A DNA stretch of 17,632 nucleotides. Source: Deltaproteobacteria bacterium UBA5758 (lineage in GTDB: Bacteria; Desulfobacterota; Syntrophorhabdia; Syntrophorhabdales; Syntrophorhabdaceae). A program made the translations under genes and the position numbers. Under the pieces are notes generated by a model. That model made no database searches. It was given only the letters and a program-made list of their open reading frames with translations, and was not told the origin of the DNA. Positions 16,022-17,632 of this stretch are shown in pieces (position 1 is the stretch's first letter; each line of letters opens with the position of its first letter). The stretch covers positions 1 to 17,632 of the forward strand of contig DIFC01000046.1 in assembly GCA_002418945.1 (NCBI GenBank). Direction: 5' to 3'.

Positions 16022-16037
16022 TGCAAATGTCATACCA
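16022..16037 (-). promoter_or_regulatory. Sigma-54 (-24/-12) promoter upstream of ubiX
   Basis: The minus strand reads TGGTATG-ACAT-TTGCA against the consensus TGGCACG-N4-TTGCW. GG and GC are separated by exactly 10 nt. The element lies about 50 nt upstream of the ubiX ATG and directly downstream of a sigma-54 activator gene. Confidence 0.6.
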
Positions 16038-16207
16038 TTTAAGTTTTTTAACCAGTTATCCAATATTAAAAAATTATGGAAGCATTGAGAGGGGGATAAT
16101 TTCTTAGCTGGATCGTGTGCCGTTTGTGATTCTTCGCTGCTTTTACCCAAAGGAGATTTTATGCCCTTGGGCGTAGAACTTAAAAGGAAATTATGAAAGT
16201 CTATAAG

Positions 16208-17632
16208 TTATTTGGTGATGATGTTGTACAGTTTCATCTTTTTGTAAAGAGTAACCCTTGACATATTTAGGAGTATTGCTGCCTGCCTTTTGTTGCCCTT
16301 GGTTCTTTCGAGAACGGATAAAATCAAATTTTTTTCATCCTTTTCAGGCATTCGGCTTTCCGCGGAAAAAACATGAGCAAAACCGGTCTCTTGGTCCTCG
16401 GGGGAAAGTATTTCTCTCGGCAGGTGTTCTAATGCAATCTCGCGCGCATCCCATGCAGTGATGGCTATCTGCTCCAGTATGTGTATAAGTTGCCTTACAT
16501 TCCCGGGCCACTGGTAGCTGATAAGCTTATCCAAAGCTTCTTTGGTATATCCTCTGATATTGGTTTTAAAGGATTTATTGATATTATCCAGGAAAGAATG
16601 CAAATACAAGGGGATATCTTCCGGGCGTTCACGCAGACTGGGGGCGTGCAGACTTGCTGAGGCTACCCTGTAATAAAGATCATGGCGAAATTTTCCTTCC
16701 TCTACGAGTTTGCGCAGGTCCACATTTGTGGCCGCAATAAACCGGAAATTTACCTTAACGGCCTTGTTGCTTCCCAACCTTTGTATCTCTCTCTCCTGAA
16801 GCACACGTAAAAGCTTTGCCTGAATCGAGAGGGGCAATGACGAGATTTCATCTAAAAACACGATGCCATTATTAGCTGTCTCAAAAATGCCTGCTTTGCC
16901 CGATGAATTTGCGCCTGTATATGCCCCCTTCTCGTACCCAAAAAGTTGGGATTCGGCGAGTTCAAAAGGAATGGCAGGGCAATTTAATTTTACAAAAGGC
17001 TTATCGTTGCACCGGTAGCTATGAATGCTGTGGGCGAACAATTCCTTACCGGTTCCACTCTCTCCCTCAATCAGAACATCGGCATCAAGCATTGATATTC
17101 TTTTTGCAGTAGCTACGGTGTCTCGGATTAACCAGCTTTTGCCTAAGATACTGTCAAAGGTGTATGCCGAACTGTACTCAGTTTTCTGCCTTTGCTTGAG
17201 ATTGTGCATTTCATTCTTCAGACGAGTTATTTCTTTGTGCACCTTTTCCAGTTCTTCAAGAGGATGAAAGACTATCCTCCCGATGGCGCCAACAATCTCC
17301 CCCTTTGTTCTGAGTGGATAAACAGAAGTTACCCTCTTGACCTCCCCGACTTCCCTTACTCTCCCGATGACAGGGGTTCCTGTTGTTATCGCCAATTGGT
17401 AATCTGAAGCGGGCGCCAGCTCCAGTATGTTCTTGCCTATGCCGCCGCCGGGTTGTAGCCCCAAAAATTTCTCTGTCGGTGGGTCGATGAACTGGATAAT
17501 GTAATTTTTGTCTATTACCGTAATGCTTTCATAACGGTTTTTGAAGCAAAACTTTACTACTGAAGCAATGACAGGGTTATATGGGTACGGTTCAATCGCC
17601 GCGAGCAAATCCTGCCTTTCCTTGTTCTTCAT
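16208..17632 (-). CDS. Sigma-54-dependent transcriptional activator (PAS-like sensor, AAA+ domain, Fis-type HTH)
   Basis: Walker A GESGTGKE, sigma-54 contact loop GAYTGA (a GAFTGA variant), Walker B VFLDEI, and the C-terminal HTH RQAAILLNMSRVTLYKKMK. An N-terminal segment of about 140 aa looks like a PAS-type sensor, and there is no receiver domain. The ATG sits on the last 3 nt of the window, so the true N-terminus may lie outside it. Confidence 0.9.
   Translation of the reverse strand: MKNKERQDLLAAIEPYPYNPVIASVVKFCFKNRYESITVIDKNYIIQFIDPPTEKFLGLQPGGGIGKNILELAPASDYQLAITTGTPVIGRVREVGEVKRVTSVYPLRTKGEIVGAIGRIVFHPLEELEKVHKEITRLKNEMHNLKQRQKTEYSSAYTFDSILGKSWLIRDTVATAKRISMLDADVLIEGESGTGKELFAHSIHSYRCNDKPFVKLNCPAIPFELAESQLFGYEKGAYTGANSSGKAGIFETANNGIVFLDEISSLPLSIQAKLLRVLQEREIQRLGSNKAVKVNFRFIAATNVDLRKLVEEGKFRHDLYYRVASASLHAPSLRERPEDIPLYLHSFLDNINKSFKTNIRGYTKEALDKLISYQWPGNVRQLIHILEQIAITAWDAREIALEHLPREILSPEDQETGFAHVFSAESRMPEKDEKNLILSVLERTKGNKRQAAILLNMSRVTLYKKMKLYNIITK

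Noticed and set aside
16101-16139. Direct repeat TTCTTAGCTG / TTCTTCGCTG (9 of 10 matching, 29 nt apart) upstream of the sigma-54 promoter, considered as an activator UAS.
   Set aside because: By rough estimate, a 9/10 match within a region of about 170 nt is expected by chance with a probability of about 0.4. The repeat has no dyad symmetry.
1-17632. A scan for CRISPR arrays, IS elements or transposases, integrases, toxin-antitoxin pairs, and restriction or other defence genes.
   Set aside because: No regularly spaced direct repeats, no terminal inverted repeats flanking an ORF, and no ORF with transposase, integrase or nuclease motifs were seen. All long ORFs are accounted for by metabolic or regulatory assignments. 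The remaining ORF-track entries are antisense or out-of-frame shadows of those genes.

Overview
The window has two parts. (1) Positions 1-3455 hold an ordinary housekeeping block on the + strand: a likely sigma-70 promoter, then gap-pgk-tpiA-secG with overlapping stop/start codons, then tRNA-Leu(GAG). (2) Positions 3456-17632 hold an accessory, catabolism-like region. It opens with a HAD phosphatase and an orphan NarL/LuxR-type response regulator. A five-gene + strand unit follows at 5288-12624: a PEP-synthase N-terminal ATP-grasp-only protein, a UPF0261/Tm-1-like ATP-binding protein, an EntE-like aryl-acid AMP/CoA ligase, a protein ending in a PEP-utilising swivel phosphohistidine domain, and a UbiD-family (de)carboxylase. 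It ends in a strong bidirectional hairpin terminator. Converging on that terminator from the - strand are a PAS/AAA+ sigma-54 activator, a good -24/-12 promoter, ubiX, a radical SAM gene with CX4CX2C spacing, a 492-nt non-coding gap and an MBL-fold hydrolase. The gene logic resembles anaerobic phenylphosphate synthase/carboxylase-type activation of an aromatic compound: phosphorylate, carboxylate with a UbiD/UbiX enzyme, then thioesterify. The composition is non-canonical, with a single UbiD, no small carboxylase subunits, a UPF0261 protein between the two synthase halves, and a radical SAM gene coupled to ubiX. The substrate cannot be read from the sequence. I saw no CRISPR array, transposase, integrase or rRNA. 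All homology statements rest on motif recognition by eye and need HMM/BLAST confirmation.
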